Shown here piece after piece: positions 1-9,246 of a stretch of DNA of 64,000 bases. The notes beneath the pieces were generated by a model that searched no databases, was not told where the DNA came from, and saw nothing but the letters and a program-made list of their open reading frames with translations. The stretch comes from Bacilli bacterium. Its GTDB lineage: Bacteria; Bacillota_I; Bacilli_A; RF39; UBA660. The translations under genes were made by a program, and so were the position numbers. The first letter of the stretch is position 1; each line of letters begins with the position of its first letter. The stretch covers positions 48,616 to 112,615 of the forward strand of contig JAGAFD010000007.1 in the NCBI GenBank assembly GCA_017612805.1. The letters are read 5' to 3'.

Positions 1-1392
1 GAAAAAATTCAACAAAAAGCAATTAATGCTGGAAAGACACCAAAAGCATTTGTTGATGAAGTATCTAGTGAAGTAAAAAGAATTTGGGATAAGATGAATA
101 CGTCTTACGATAAATTTGTAAGAACAACTGATGAAATTCATGAACGAGAAGTTCAAAAGATTTTCCAAAAAATGTATGATAAAGGTGATATTTATAAGGG
201 CGAATATAAAGGTTTATATTGTACTCCTTGTGAATCTTTTTGGACTGAATCACAATTAGTAGATGGTAAATGTCCTGATTGTGGTAGAGATGTTGAAGAA
301 AAAAGTGAAGAATGTTATTTCTTCAAATTATCTAAATATCAAGATCGATTAGTTGAATATATTGAATCCCATCCAGATTTTATTAAACCAGATTCTCGTA
401 AGAATGAAATGTTAAATAATTTTATTAAACCAGGTTTACAAGATTTATGTGTATCTAGATCTACATTTGATTGGGGTATCGAAGTTCCTTTTGATCCAAA
501 ACATGTTGTATATGTATGGTTAGATGCTTTAACTAACTATATTACTAATTTAGGTTTTGATGTTGATGGATCAAGTGATGAGTTTAATAAGTATTGGCCA
601 GCTGACTTACATTTAATTGGTAAAGATATAGTTAGATTCCATTCCATTTATTGGCCTTGTTTCTTGTGGAGTCTAGATTTAGAATTGCCACATCAAATTT
701 TTGGTCATCCTTGGTTATTAACTAATAATGATAAGATTGGTAAGAGTAAAGGTAATGCTATCTATGCTGATGATTTAGTAGATTTATTTGGTGTTGATGC
801 TGTTCGTTATTATGTTTTACATGAAATCCCTTATGCTAATGATGGTAACTTAACTTATGATTTATTAATTGAAAGATATAATAGTGATTTAGCAAATATT
901 TTAGGTAACTTAGTTAATAGAACTATTTCAATGGTTAATAAATATTTTGAAGGAGAAGTAAAAGCTCCTAATGAATATAATGAACTTGATAATGAATTGA
1001 TTACATATGTTAATAGTGCATCTAAATTAGTAGATGAAAAGATGGATGAATTAAAAGTAGCTGATGCTATTGATGCTATTTTTGAAATCTTTAAAAGATG
1101 TAATAAATATATTGATGATACAACTCCATGGACTTTAGCTAAAGAAGAAAACAATGATAGACTAGCTACAGTTTTATATGTTTTACTTGATAGTATTCGT
1201 GTTGGAGCAGTATTATTATCATCATTCTTACCTGATACAGCAGAGAATATATTAAATCAAATAAAATCAAATGATCAAGAATTAGTATTTGGTAAATTAA
1301 ATGCTGGTATTAAATTAGATCAACCAACACCAATCTTTGCTCGTATTGATAAAGAAGCAAAATTAAAAGAAATAGAAGAAGCTAATAAATAA
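1..1392 (+). CDS. metG: Methionyl-tRNA synthetase, 5'-truncated by the window edge; short form without the C-terminal Trbp111 domain
   Basis: Frame is open from base 1; Zn knuckle CTPC..CPDC, YVWLDAL, GKDI, KMSKS-like KIGKS, LAN.LGNL. Confidence 0.97.
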   Translation, partial: EKIQQKAINAGKTPKAFVDEVSSEVKRIWDKMNTSYDKFVRTTDEIHEREVQKIFQKMYDKGDIYKGEYKGLYCTPCESFWTESQLVDGKCPDCGRDVEEKSEECYFFKLSKYQDRLVEYIESHPDFIKPDSRKNEMLNNFIKPGLQDLCVSRSTFDWGIEVPFDPKHVVYVWLDALTNYITNLGFDVDGSSDEFNKYWPADLHLIGKDIVRFHSIYWPCFLWSLDLELPHQIFGHPWLLTNNDKIGKSKGNAIYADDLVDLFGVDAVRYYVLHEIPYANDGNLTYDLLIERYNSDLANILGNLVNRTISMVNKYFEGEVKAPNEYNELDNELITYVNSASKLVDEKMDELKVADAIDAIFEIFKRCNKYIDDTTPWTLAKEENNDRLATVLYVLLDSIRVGAVLLSSFLPDTAENILNQIKSNDQELVFGKLNAGIKLDQPTPIFARIDKEAKLKEIEEANK

Positions 1393-1458
1393 TTAGCTTT
1401 TTTTATTGCATTTTGATTTCATTATGTTATAATAAATCCCAATTTGGGAGAAATGTAT

Positions 1459-2175
1459 ATGAGTAAAAAAAATACAATTAAAAAATATTGTAATTATTAT
1501 ATTTGGGCTAGTTCTTTATGCCCTTGGGGAACTAATAGTGATGTAATTATTGATGGTGAGGTTGGGGTTACAACTTTAAAATATAATGAATTAGGAGTTA
1601 ATACTAAAAAAGAATTATATGATTCATGTGACTCAGAAGATATGCTTATCGAAGTAAGATATTTAGGTCACGGTGAATTCCGTGAAGTATTAACTAATGA
1701 AAGTATTCTAGCAATTAATGATAACGGTAATAATTTTGAAGATAAAAATTATTTTAATGAAAATAATGAAAAGTTTATTAGATCTACACTATACGATTTA
1801 GATGAATATATCAAATTTAATGATCTTGCTTTCGGTAAATATGTAGATGTTCATTCATTTGGAAAAAGTATTAGTGATTTTATGCTTACGGCTCATCGTA
1901 CAGCTTTAGTTATTAATCCAGATTTTAATGTTATTCATATTAAAAAAGAATCTAAACAAGCTTATGAAGAAAAGTCAGATGATGAAAGAATTGAATTAAT
2001 TAAGAAGATGCTTAAAAAAGCCGAAAAAGAAAGAGCTAAAGTATACGCAAAATTAATGTATGCTTATGGAATGTCTTTTGAACCATCTAAGGAATTTATT
2101 GATGCAGCTTATCGAGAAAATGAAAAACGTTCTTTAGCATTAAAGCCAAAGCAAACTAAAAAAGATAGTAAATAA
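1459..2175 (+). CDS. Hypothetical protein, paralog of the next gene (LCPW family)
   Basis: Long ORF after SD GGGAG and TGTTATAAT; shares motifs with 2243-2923. Confidence 0.8.
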   Translation: MSKKNTIKKYCNYYIWASSLCPWGTNSDVIIDGEVGVTTLKYNELGVNTKKELYDSCDSEDMLIEVRYLGHGEFREVLTNESILAINDNGNNFEDKNYFNENNEKFIRSTLYDLDEYIKFNDLAFGKYVDVHSFGKSISDFMLTAHRTALVINPDFNVIHIKKESKQAYEEKSDDERIELIKKMLKKAEKERAKVYAKLMYAYGMSFEPSKEFIDAAYRENEKRSLALKPKQTKKDSK

Positions 2176-2242
2176 ACTATCTTTTTTATTGTTATTTAAT
2201 AAATATTTTATTATAATAACTAATTGATTGGAGAATTTATTT

Positions 2243-2923
2243 ATGAACAAAATCGAAGTAGGAAAAAAATATTATATGAATTTATATGGATTATGTCCTT
2301 GGGAGATTATGACTGAAACGGAAACTATGCATTATGATCCTGAAGTATATGAATCTAAAGTAGTTAGAGTTAATACTACTAATAATTTATACAATAAAAA
2401 ATTTAACTTTATTGAAGTAACTTATAGAGGAAACGGAGTATTTTATGAATCGCTAACTAAAACTAAAATATTAGTTACTGAAGCTCCATATGATTGTGAG
2501 TTAGAAGATTTTAATGATAGTATGGTAACTAAAGCTTATTTAGATTTAGATGATTATATTACTATTTCTAAACAAATTCATAATAAAGATGTTGATATTA
2601 ATATGTTTTTTGAAGCCAATAAAAAGATTCGTGAAACCATTGCTCGTGCTTCATTAGTTTATGATACTAATGGTTATAAGATATATTCAAAAAATGATGA
2701 AAACGGAAAAATTTATAAAACTTTACCAAATAATGAAAGAACTAATATTATGATTGATTTATGTAATGAAGCAGAAATTAGTAAATATCGTACCATTCTA
2801 GAACTTAATAATGCCTATAATAATTTTATTAAACCTAGTGATGAATTAATTAAACAAGCTTATAAAGAAAATGAAGCATATAACTTAACACTAAAGAGTA
2901 AAGCAAAGAAAGATAGTAAATAG
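2243..2923 (+). CDS. Hypothetical protein, paralog of the previous gene (LCPW family)
   Basis: SD GGAG; shares LCPW, IEV.Y.G.G.F.E.LT, DLD.YI, AY.ENE and KKDSK with 1459-2175. Confidence 0.8.
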   Translation: MNKIEVGKKYYMNLYGLCPWEIMTETETMHYDPEVYESKVVRVNTTNNLYNKKFNFIEVTYRGNGVFYESLTKTKILVTEAPYDCELEDFNDSMVTKAYLDLDDYITISKQIHNKDVDINMFFEANKKIRETIARASLVYDTNGYKIYSKNDENGKIYKTLPNNERTNIMIDLCNEAEISKYRTILELNNAYNNFIKPSDELIKQAYKENEAYNLTLKSKAKKDSK

Positions 2924-2967
2924 ACTATCTTTTTTACATGCTATAATAAATTTAGAGGTGAATTATT

Positions 2968-3663
2968 ATGGAATATGTATATCATGGTAGTAAAACTTCA
3001 AATTTAAAAGAATTAACTCCTCATGAATCAACCCATGGTAATTATGTATATGCTACTAAAAGAAAAGAAATCGCAATTATTATGAGCAGATGTTGTGGTG
3101 GAGATTCCATATATTCTTTATATATTAATAATAACGATGGTTCAATTGATTTAATTGAAAGGGTACCACTTGCTTTTGATAAGATGTTTGCGAATAGTTT
3201 TTCATTATATACTTTGGATGCTACCAATTTTAAGGATATCAATACTGGATTTGATGAGGTTGTTTCAGATAATGTTGAGCGAGTTTTAAAAGAAGAGCAA
3301 TATCCACTATTAAGGGATGTAATTAATGAATTAGCTGAACAAGGTTTGATTAACTTATATTTTTATCCTGAACGTCCTCAATATATTCCTAATGATGATC
3401 ATGATTTAATTGATCAATTGCATAAGTATGCTAATCAACTTAACCATCAATTTACTCATGAAGAATTATATAAATGGATTTTTTTGCATCCTAATTTAGA
3501 GGAAGATATTAGACTTATTGCTAAAGAACAAGGAATTGATTTATCAATGGATTATGATGAAATTAAATATAAGTTTATTGAATTACAAAATGAAAATCCA
3601 AACCATCAATTTTATATTGATAATGGTCTAGCAATAAATGAATATTTTAATAATAAATTGTAG
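2968..3663 (+). CDS. Hypothetical protein, possible ADP-ribosyltransferase-like fold
   Basis: SD GAGGTG; N-terminal YHGS...YVYAT pattern. Confidence 0.6.
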   Translation: MEYVYHGSKTSNLKELTPHESTHGNYVYATKRKEIAIIMSRCCGGDSIYSLYINNNDGSIDLIERVPLAFDKMFANSFSLYTLDATNFKDINTGFDEVVSDNVERVLKEEQYPLLRDVINELAEQGLINLYFYPERPQYIPNDDHDLIDQLHKYANQLNHQFTHEELYKWIFLHPNLEEDIRLIAKEQGIDLSMDYDEIKYKFIELQNENPNHQFYIDNGLAINEYFNNKL

Positions 3664-3671
3664 GTGGTTTT

Positions 3672-4409
3672 ATGTTTACAGATACACATTGTCATTTATT
3701 TAAAGAATATTATGACGATATTAATATGATTGTTAATAATGCAGTTAACAATAATGTTAATCGATTGATTGTAAGCGGTTGTTCCCATAGTGAAAATATA
3801 GAAGTATTGGAATTAAAATATCCTAATGTCTATAAAGTTATTGGGTTACATCCGGATCAAGCTTCAGTTTATGAAGATAGTCAAATAGATTTTATTAAAG
3901 AAAATATTGATAAAATTATTGGAATTGGTGAGATTGGGCTAGATTACTATTATGGTAAGGAAGATATTGATAAACAAAAAGAATTGTTTAGAAAGCAATT
4001 AAAGTTAGCACAAGATTTAGGGCTACCAGTAGTAATTCATTCGAGAGAAGCAACCCTTGATACAATAAATATATTAAAAGAATATAATGTTAATGGGGTA
4101 ATTCATTCTTTTTCTGGTAGTAAAGAAACGGCTTTAGAATATATTAAGATGGGATTTATCTTAGGAATAAATGGTGTTGTTACTTTTAAAAATTGTAATT
4201 TAATTGAAGTGTTAAAAGAAATTGGCGTAGATAAGATTGTTTTAGAAACTGATTCCCCTTATTTAACACCGGTACCTTATCGTGGTGAAGTTAATGAACC
4301 AAAACATATTATTGATATTGCAAATTTCATTTGTGAAAACGTTAATATTTCACTAAATGATTTGGCAGAAATTACTAATAAAAATATTAAATCGCTTTTT
4401 GACATTTAA
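3672..4409 (+). CDS. tatD: TatD-family nuclease (YabD)
   Basis: DTHCH, GLHP, GEIGLDY, IHSRE, ETDSPYL; position near metG. Confidence 0.95.
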   Translation: MFTDTHCHLFKEYYDDINMIVNNAVNNNVNRLIVSGCSHSENIEVLELKYPNVYKVIGLHPDQASVYEDSQIDFIKENIDKIIGIGEIGLDYYYGKEDIDKQKELFRKQLKLAQDLGLPVVIHSREATLDTINILKEYNVNGVIHSFSGSKETALEYIKMGFILGINGVVTFKNCNLIEVLKEIGVDKIVLETDSPYLTPVPYRGEVNEPKHIIDIANFICENVNISLNDLAEITNKNIKSLFDI

Positions 4410-4452
4410 GCCTTATTAAGGTATAATATTTATTGATTTGAGGTGATATAAA

Positions 4453-5001
4453 ATGCCAAAATCAATGAAAAAAGTTTATCAAATTAGTTTAATTGTAATT
4501 GCAATAGTTATAGTTTTAGTTGTAAGTAGTTCTTCTAAGAAAACTTATATTGAAGCTAAGAATGAAACAGTAACAAATAAAGTTGATTTGAATATGATGG
4601 CTTTAAGAGTTGAAGAAGAAATTAAAAATGATATATATAGTGCTAAAGATACTTACGTTGGTCATTTAACTGGTTATACTGCTAGATGTCCACTATGTAC
4701 TGGTCATTTAGCTTGTAAAAGTTCTTATGATGTTTTAAATGGACAAGAATATTATAATGATCCAACGTATGGTAATGTAAGAATTGTGGCATCATCAAGA
4801 AATTTACCTTGTGGTACCATTGTTAGATTTAATCAACCAAGAATATCTAGTGAACCAATTATTGCAATTGTTCTAGACCGTGGGGTTTTAGGAACAGCAT
4901 TAGATTTACTTACTAATAGTGAAGAATATGCAGTTACAACAATTGGAAGATCTACCGTAAGTTATGATGTATTAAGAGAAAGTTGGGGTAATAAAGAATA
5001 G
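4453..5001 (+). CDS. Secreted 3D-domain protein (YabE-like cell-wall lytic protein)
   Basis: Signal/TM; TGY, IVAS..LP.GT, VLDRG, LDL; sits at the yabE position. Confidence 0.7.
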   Translation: MPKSMKKVYQISLIVIAIVIVLVVSSSSKKTYIEAKNETVTNKVDLNMMALRVEEEIKNDIYSAKDTYVGHLTGYTARCPLCTGHLACKSSYDVLNGQEYYNDPTYGNVRIVASSRNLPCGTIVRFNQPRISSEPIIAIVLDRGVLGTALDLLTNSEEYAVTTIGRSTVSYDVLRESWGNKE

Positions 5002-5016
5002 GAAACTATTCTTTTA

Positions 5017-5799
5017 ATGTTTATGGAAAAATTTATTGTTAAGAAAAAATTTGGTCAAAACTTTTTAAAGAATGATTTAATTATTGAAAAAATAGTTAAT
5101 AGTATTGAAGTTAATCACGACGATTTAATAATTGAAGTTGGTCCCGGAAAAGGAGCTTTAACGAAAAAGTTAGTTAAAAAAGGCTGTAAGGTTATAGCTT
5201 TTGAAATTGATAAAGATACTTATCCTTATTTAAAAGATTTGGAAAATGATAACTTTAGTTTAATATATGATGACTTTCTCAATATCGATGTAAATAGTTA
5301 CTTAAGTGACTATCAATATCATGATTTATATATTGTTGCTAATCTTCCTTATTATATAACCACACCAATTATTACTAAAATAATTGATGATAAATTATGT
5401 CCAAAAGCAATGATTTTAATGGTTCAAAAAGAAGTAGCGGATCGTTTTAGTGCTAAACCAGGTTCTAAGGATTATGGATATTTCACGGTTAAGTTAAATT
5501 ATTATTTCGCAGTAGAAAAATTATTTAATGTTAAGAAAACTGAATTTAATCCAGTGCCAAAGGTAGATAGTGCTGTAGTTAGTTTTAAAATAAAAGACTA
5601 TGATAAAAATCTTGCTAAAAAGTTTGATAACTTTATTAAAGATGCGTTTAAGATGAAAAGAAAAACCTTAAAAAATAATTTAGGTAGTGATTTATTTAAT
5701 AAGGTGTTACCAATCCTAATGGAAGCGGGATTTGGTAGTGATGTTCGAGCTGAACAAATTGATTTAGAAACATTTATTAAAATGGTTAAAGAAACATAA
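5017..5799 (+). CDS. rsmA: 16S rRNA m6,2A dimethyltransferase
   Basis: KKFGQNFL, EVGPGKG, ANLPYYIT, PVPKVDS. Confidence 0.97.
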   Translation: MFMEKFIVKKKFGQNFLKNDLIIEKIVNSIEVNHDDLIIEVGPGKGALTKKLVKKGCKVIAFEIDKDTYPYLKDLENDNFSLIYDDFLNIDVNSYLSDYQYHDLYIVANLPYYITTPIITKIIDDKLCPKAMILMVQKEVADRFSAKPGSKDYGYFTVKLNYYFAVEKLFNVKKTEFNPVPKVDSAVVSFKIKDYDKNLAKKFDNFIKDAFKMKRKTLKNNLGSDLFNKVLPILMEAGFGSDVRAEQIDLETFIKMVKET

Positions 5800-5822
5800 G
5801 ATGTTTCTTTTTTTCATATAAT
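5796..5822 (+). promoter_or_regulatory. sigmaE/sigmaK-type promoter upstream of yabG
   Basis: ATA-16 bp-CATATAAT (CATAnnnT at 5815-5822). Confidence 0.5.
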
Positions 5823-5837
5823 AAATTGGTGGATATA

Positions 5838-6587
5838 ATGAAATTTAAAAAAGGTGATTATGTTACAAGAAAGAAATATCATCATGATTTAATTTTTAAA
5901 GTAATTAATATTATTGATGATAAGTATATCTTAAAAGGGGTTGAGGTTAGGTTGTATGCGGATAGTTTAGAAGATGATTTAACTTTATATGAAGATAAAG
6001 TTAGATATGATGATATTCCTAATATAAATGAAGAACGTTCTAGTTATGATTATTTTTATATGCCACCTAAAATATTACAAATTGATGGAGATTCGGAATT
6101 TTTAAAAAGATGTTTGAAATATTATGAATCAAATAATGTATATGCTGTTGGTAAAAAAATCAGTGAGGATAATATGTCTTTACACGTAATTAATCTACTT
6201 AAAAAATATGAACCTAATATTTTAGTAATTTCGGGACATGATTCTTATAATAAAGAGCATAATAGTTATAAGAATAGTAATAATTTTATTAATACGGTTA
6301 AAAAAGCGAGAAGTTATGAAAAAGATCATAGTAAGTTAATAATTATAGCTGGTGCTTGTCAAAGTAACTATGAAGAGTTAATTAAAGTTGGTGCTGATTT
6401 TGCATCTAGTCCGAAGCGTATTAATATTCATGCTCTTGATCCAGCAATTATTGCTAGTTCTATAGCTTTAACCAAACGAAGTGAAATTGTTGATTTAATA
6501 AAGTTACTTAATAAAACAAAGTATGGACCAGATGGTATTGGGGGAATAGAATGTAATGGATTAATGTATGTTGGTTATCCTAGATAG
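5838..6587 (+). CDS. yabG: Sporulation-specific protease YabG
   Basis: RLYADS, ILQIDGD, SGHD, GACQS, GADFASSPKRINIHALDP; follows rsmA. Confidence 0.93.
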   Translation: MKFKKGDYVTRKKYHHDLIFKVINIIDDKYILKGVEVRLYADSLEDDLTLYEDKVRYDDIPNINEERSSYDYFYMPPKILQIDGDSEFLKRCLKYYESNNVYAVGKKISEDNMSLHVINLLKKYEPNILVISGHDSYNKEHNSYKNSNNFINTVKKARSYEKDHSKLIIIAGACQSNYEELIKVGADFASSPKRINIHALDPAIIASSIALTKRSEIVDLIKLLNKTKYGPDGIGGIECNGLMYVGYPR

Positions 6588-6594
6588 GAGAAAT

Positions 6595-6810
6595 ATGAAT
6601 CTTGATATTATTAAGAATGATATTAAAAATCATTTAAATAATGAAGTATTAATCTATGTTAATGCTTTACGTAATAAATCTTATAGTTTTAAGGGGAAAA
6701 TATCAAAAATATACCCAAATATTTTTATTGTAAGTAGTAGTGATTTTGAAAAAACGATATCTTATTCTGATATTGCATCAGAAGATGTAAAAATCACATA
6801 TTTATCGTAA
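6595..6810 (+). CDS. veg: Veg family protein
   Basis: IK..I..H, G.I...YPNIF.V, SYSDI; synteny after yabG. Confidence 0.85.
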   Translation: MNLDIIKNDIKNHLNNEVLIYVNALRNKSYSFKGKISKIYPNIFIVSSSDFEKTISYSDIASEDVKITYLS

Positions 6811-6887
6811 TTACGATTTTTATTGCATAAAAACGAAAAAAATATTAAAATTAAATTAAGTTAGTAAACTTTAGAAGGAGAGAGTAT

Positions 6888-7166
6888 ATGCAAATAACAT
6901 CTGTTAGCGTACGTAAAGTTGAAAAAGAAGGATCTCGTATGAAAGGAAAAGCATCTGTAGTTATTGATGACTCATTTGCCGTTCATGACATTCGAATCAT
7001 AGAAGGAGATAATGGCTTATTTATAGCTATGCCTAGTAGAAAAACAGCAACAGGTTTATATAGAGATATTGCTCATCCAATTAACCCTGATGTTCGTAAA
7101 CTATTCCAAGATGCTATTATTGAAGAATACAATAATACTGAACTAGTAACTGATGATGCTGAATAA
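6888..7166 (+). CDS. spoVG: SpoVG nucleic-acid-binding regulator
   Basis: FAVHDIRIIEG..GLFIAMPSRK...YRDIAHPI. Confidence 0.97.
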   Translation: MQITSVSVRKVEKEGSRMKGKASVVIDDSFAVHDIRIIEGDNGLFIAMPSRKTATGLYRDIAHPINPDVRKLFQDAIIEEYNNTELVTDDAE

Positions 7167-7172
7167 GATGTA

Positions 7173-7199
7173 ATAAAATACATCTTTTTTTCATATTAT
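7173..7199 (+). promoter_or_regulatory. sigmaE-type promoter upstream of yabP
   Basis: ATA-16 bp-CATATTAT. Confidence 0.5.
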
Positions 7200-7215
7200 T
7201 TTTTAGGAGGATAAT

Positions 7216-7491
7216 ATGGAAAATAGTTTAGTAGGATCACACGAGATAAAAATTAATGATCGTAAAAGTATTAGTTTAAGTGGAATTAAAAAAATTGTTA
7301 GTTTTAATTTAGAAGAATTTATTATGGAAAGTAATCTAGGTGTTTTGGAACTTAAAGGACATGATTTAGAATTAATTAAATTAGATACTAACCTAGGTAA
7401 TGTAGCAATAAAAGGTACAATTAATAATTTAAATTATTTAAATAAAGATAAGGTTAGAGAAGAATCCATCTTTGCTAAATTATTTAAATGA
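7216..7491 (+). CDS. yabP: Sporulation protein YabP
   Basis: H.I....RK....SGI...SF...F.ME..LG.L.LKG..L....LD...G...I.G.I; ends in KLFK. Confidence 0.9.
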   Translation: MENSLVGSHEIKINDRKSISLSGIKKIVSFNLEEFIMESNLGVLELKGHDLELIKLDTNLGNVAIKGTINNLNYLNKDKVREESIFAKLFK

Positions 7492-7805
7492 ATATAATTA
7501 TTCAAATTAAATGTATTATCTTTGCTACTTGTTTTGGCATTTTACTTAATATGATTAAGAATATTTTTTTCAAATCAAATAAGATATATATGATAATTAT
7601 TAATATTATCTTAATTATTCTATTAAGTGGGTTATATAACTATATTTTGTATTTAATATGTTTTAATGTTTATTCAACTTATATTATATTGATTACATTA
7701 ATTAGTTTTATTTTATCGAATAAATTGTCAAATAGATTATTAAATTATGTCAAAAAAGGTCTTAGACATTGTAAATCCCTAATTAAAATGGTATATTTTA
7801 AGTAA
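7488..7805 (+). CDS. yabQ: YabQ-like membrane protein (spore cortex)
   Basis: Hydrophobic; ATGA overlap with yabP; lies between yabP and divIC. Confidence 0.6.
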   Translation: MNIIIQIKCIIFATCFGILLNMIKNIFFKSNKIYMIIINIILIILLSGLYNYILYLICFNVYSTYIILITLISFILSNKLSNRLLNYVKKGLRHCKSLIKMVYFK

Positions 7806-7820
7806 TAATAGGTGGTTTAT

Positions 7821-8114
7821 ATGAAAAAAATAGGAAAGAAAGCAAAGCGACGTTTGGTAACAGTTACTTTTTTGATATTGCTAGCTAGTGGTGTTTTGGT
7901 CTTTATGATATTTAAAGATTGGAAACAAATAATTTCTAATCGTTCCAAAGCAAAACAACTAGATACTGAATACCAAGAATTGTTAAGAGAAGAAGAAAAA
8001 TTAAATTCGGAAGTTAACAAGTTATCTGATCCTGATTATGTAGCACGTTATGCCAGAGAAAAGTTTTTATATTCACTACCTGATGAAATAATAATTCGAA
8101 AGTCAGAAAATTAA
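7821..8114 (+). CDS. divIC: Septum formation initiator DivIC/FtsB
   Basis: Basic N-terminus, TM, coiled coil, L.DPDYVARYARE...YS. Confidence 0.9.
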   Translation: MKKIGKKAKRRLVTVTFLILLASGVLVFMIFKDWKQIISNRSKAKQLDTEYQELLREEEKLNSEVNKLSDPDYVARYAREKFLYSLPDEIIIRKSEN

Positions 8115-8173
8115 ACATTTTTGTTTAATTTTTTTTAATATATGTTTATAATAGTACTAATTTGGTGATGGAA

Positions 8174-8680
8174 ATGGATTATAATATAAACTTTAAATTC
8201 GATTCTAATGTATTAATTATTGGTAATGCGATGAGTGGCAAAACAACTTTTGGTAAGCATTTAGCTAAAACATTAGATGGCGCTTCTTTTGTTGAAAATA
8301 TTAATACGGATAATTATTATGAATATATTTTAGGCAACTTAACCGGCAAATATGTAATTATTGATGATATGTTTACGCATTTAACGGTGGAACAACGTAA
8401 TATCGTTTTGGACATTGCTTCTAAAAAGGATATTAAAATAATTAATATATCTACCGATAGTAAAGATTTATTATTATTTCCATATATCATTGTTATTAAT
8501 GAATATAATGTTTTAATGGAAGGTTTAAAAGAAAATGTTTTAAATGAAGATCGTATTTTAAGTCATTTAGGTATTGAATTACCTTTTGTTTATCAATTAA
8601 GTCGTGAACTAAAAGATTATAATTGTATTGATAAAGCATGTTTTAGTAATAAGGAGCTAGTAGATTTATTATGGAAGTAA
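8174..8680 (+). CDS. Shortened EcfA1/CbiO-like ATPase derivative
   Basis: Walker A GNAMSGKT, Walker-B-like YVIIDD, EcfA-type C-terminus LGIELPF..L...L...ELVDLLW; no ABC signature; upstream of truA. Confidence 0.6.
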   Translation: MDYNINFKFDSNVLIIGNAMSGKTTFGKHLAKTLDGASFVENINTDNYYEYILGNLTGKYVIIDDMFTHLTVEQRNIVLDIASKKDIKIINISTDSKDLLLFPYIIVINEYNVLMEGLKENVLNEDRILSHLGIELPFVYQLSRELKDYNCIDKACFSNKELVDLLWK

Positions 8681-9246
8681 TTATTAATGATAATAAGTTT
8701 GAATTAGAAGATTCAAATATATATGGGTTAATTATGGAAGATAAACTCACTGGTAATGATCATACCTTAATTAATGCTTCATATTATGATGATGTTTCTT
8801 TATCTGGTGATGATGAACTAAAACTAGCTAGTTTAATAGGGGTAGTTGACGGGAATAGTTTTACTAATAATAAAAGAAAATTATTAGTTAAAATATTATG
8901 TAAGAAATATGATTACATTATTTTAGAAAATTTTTTTACTAATTTTACTTATATTGATAGTAATGCATTTATTAAGTTATTTAGAAATATTACTAAGAAA
9001 TATCATAAAGTAATTATTATTAAAGAAAAAAACATGGACTTTTTATTAAATAATTGTGATTATTTATTAAATTATCATAATCAAAGTCTGGTATCTAAAA
9101 GTGATTATTATTTAATGGATTATTTAAATTTTGATAAACCATCTATTTATGAATTTACGAATTTGATAATCGATAAAAATATTAAAATTAAATATTATGC
9201 TAATCGCTTAGATTTATTAAAATCTTTATATAGGTTGGTGATGTAA
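8671..9246 (+). CDS. Degenerate EcfA2-like protein
   Basis: YIILENFF and IIIKEKNMDFL..CDY remnants; no Walker A; occupies the ecfA2 position. Confidence 0.5.
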   Translation: MEVIINDNKFELEDSNIYGLIMEDKLTGNDHTLINASYYDDVSLSGDDELKLASLIGVVDGNSFTNNKRKLLVKILCKKYDYIILENFFTNFTYIDSNAFIKLFRNITKKYHKVIIIKEKNMDFLLNNCDYLLNYHNQSLVSKSDYYLMDYLNFDKPSIYEFTNLIIDKNIKIKYYANRLDLLKSLYRLVM

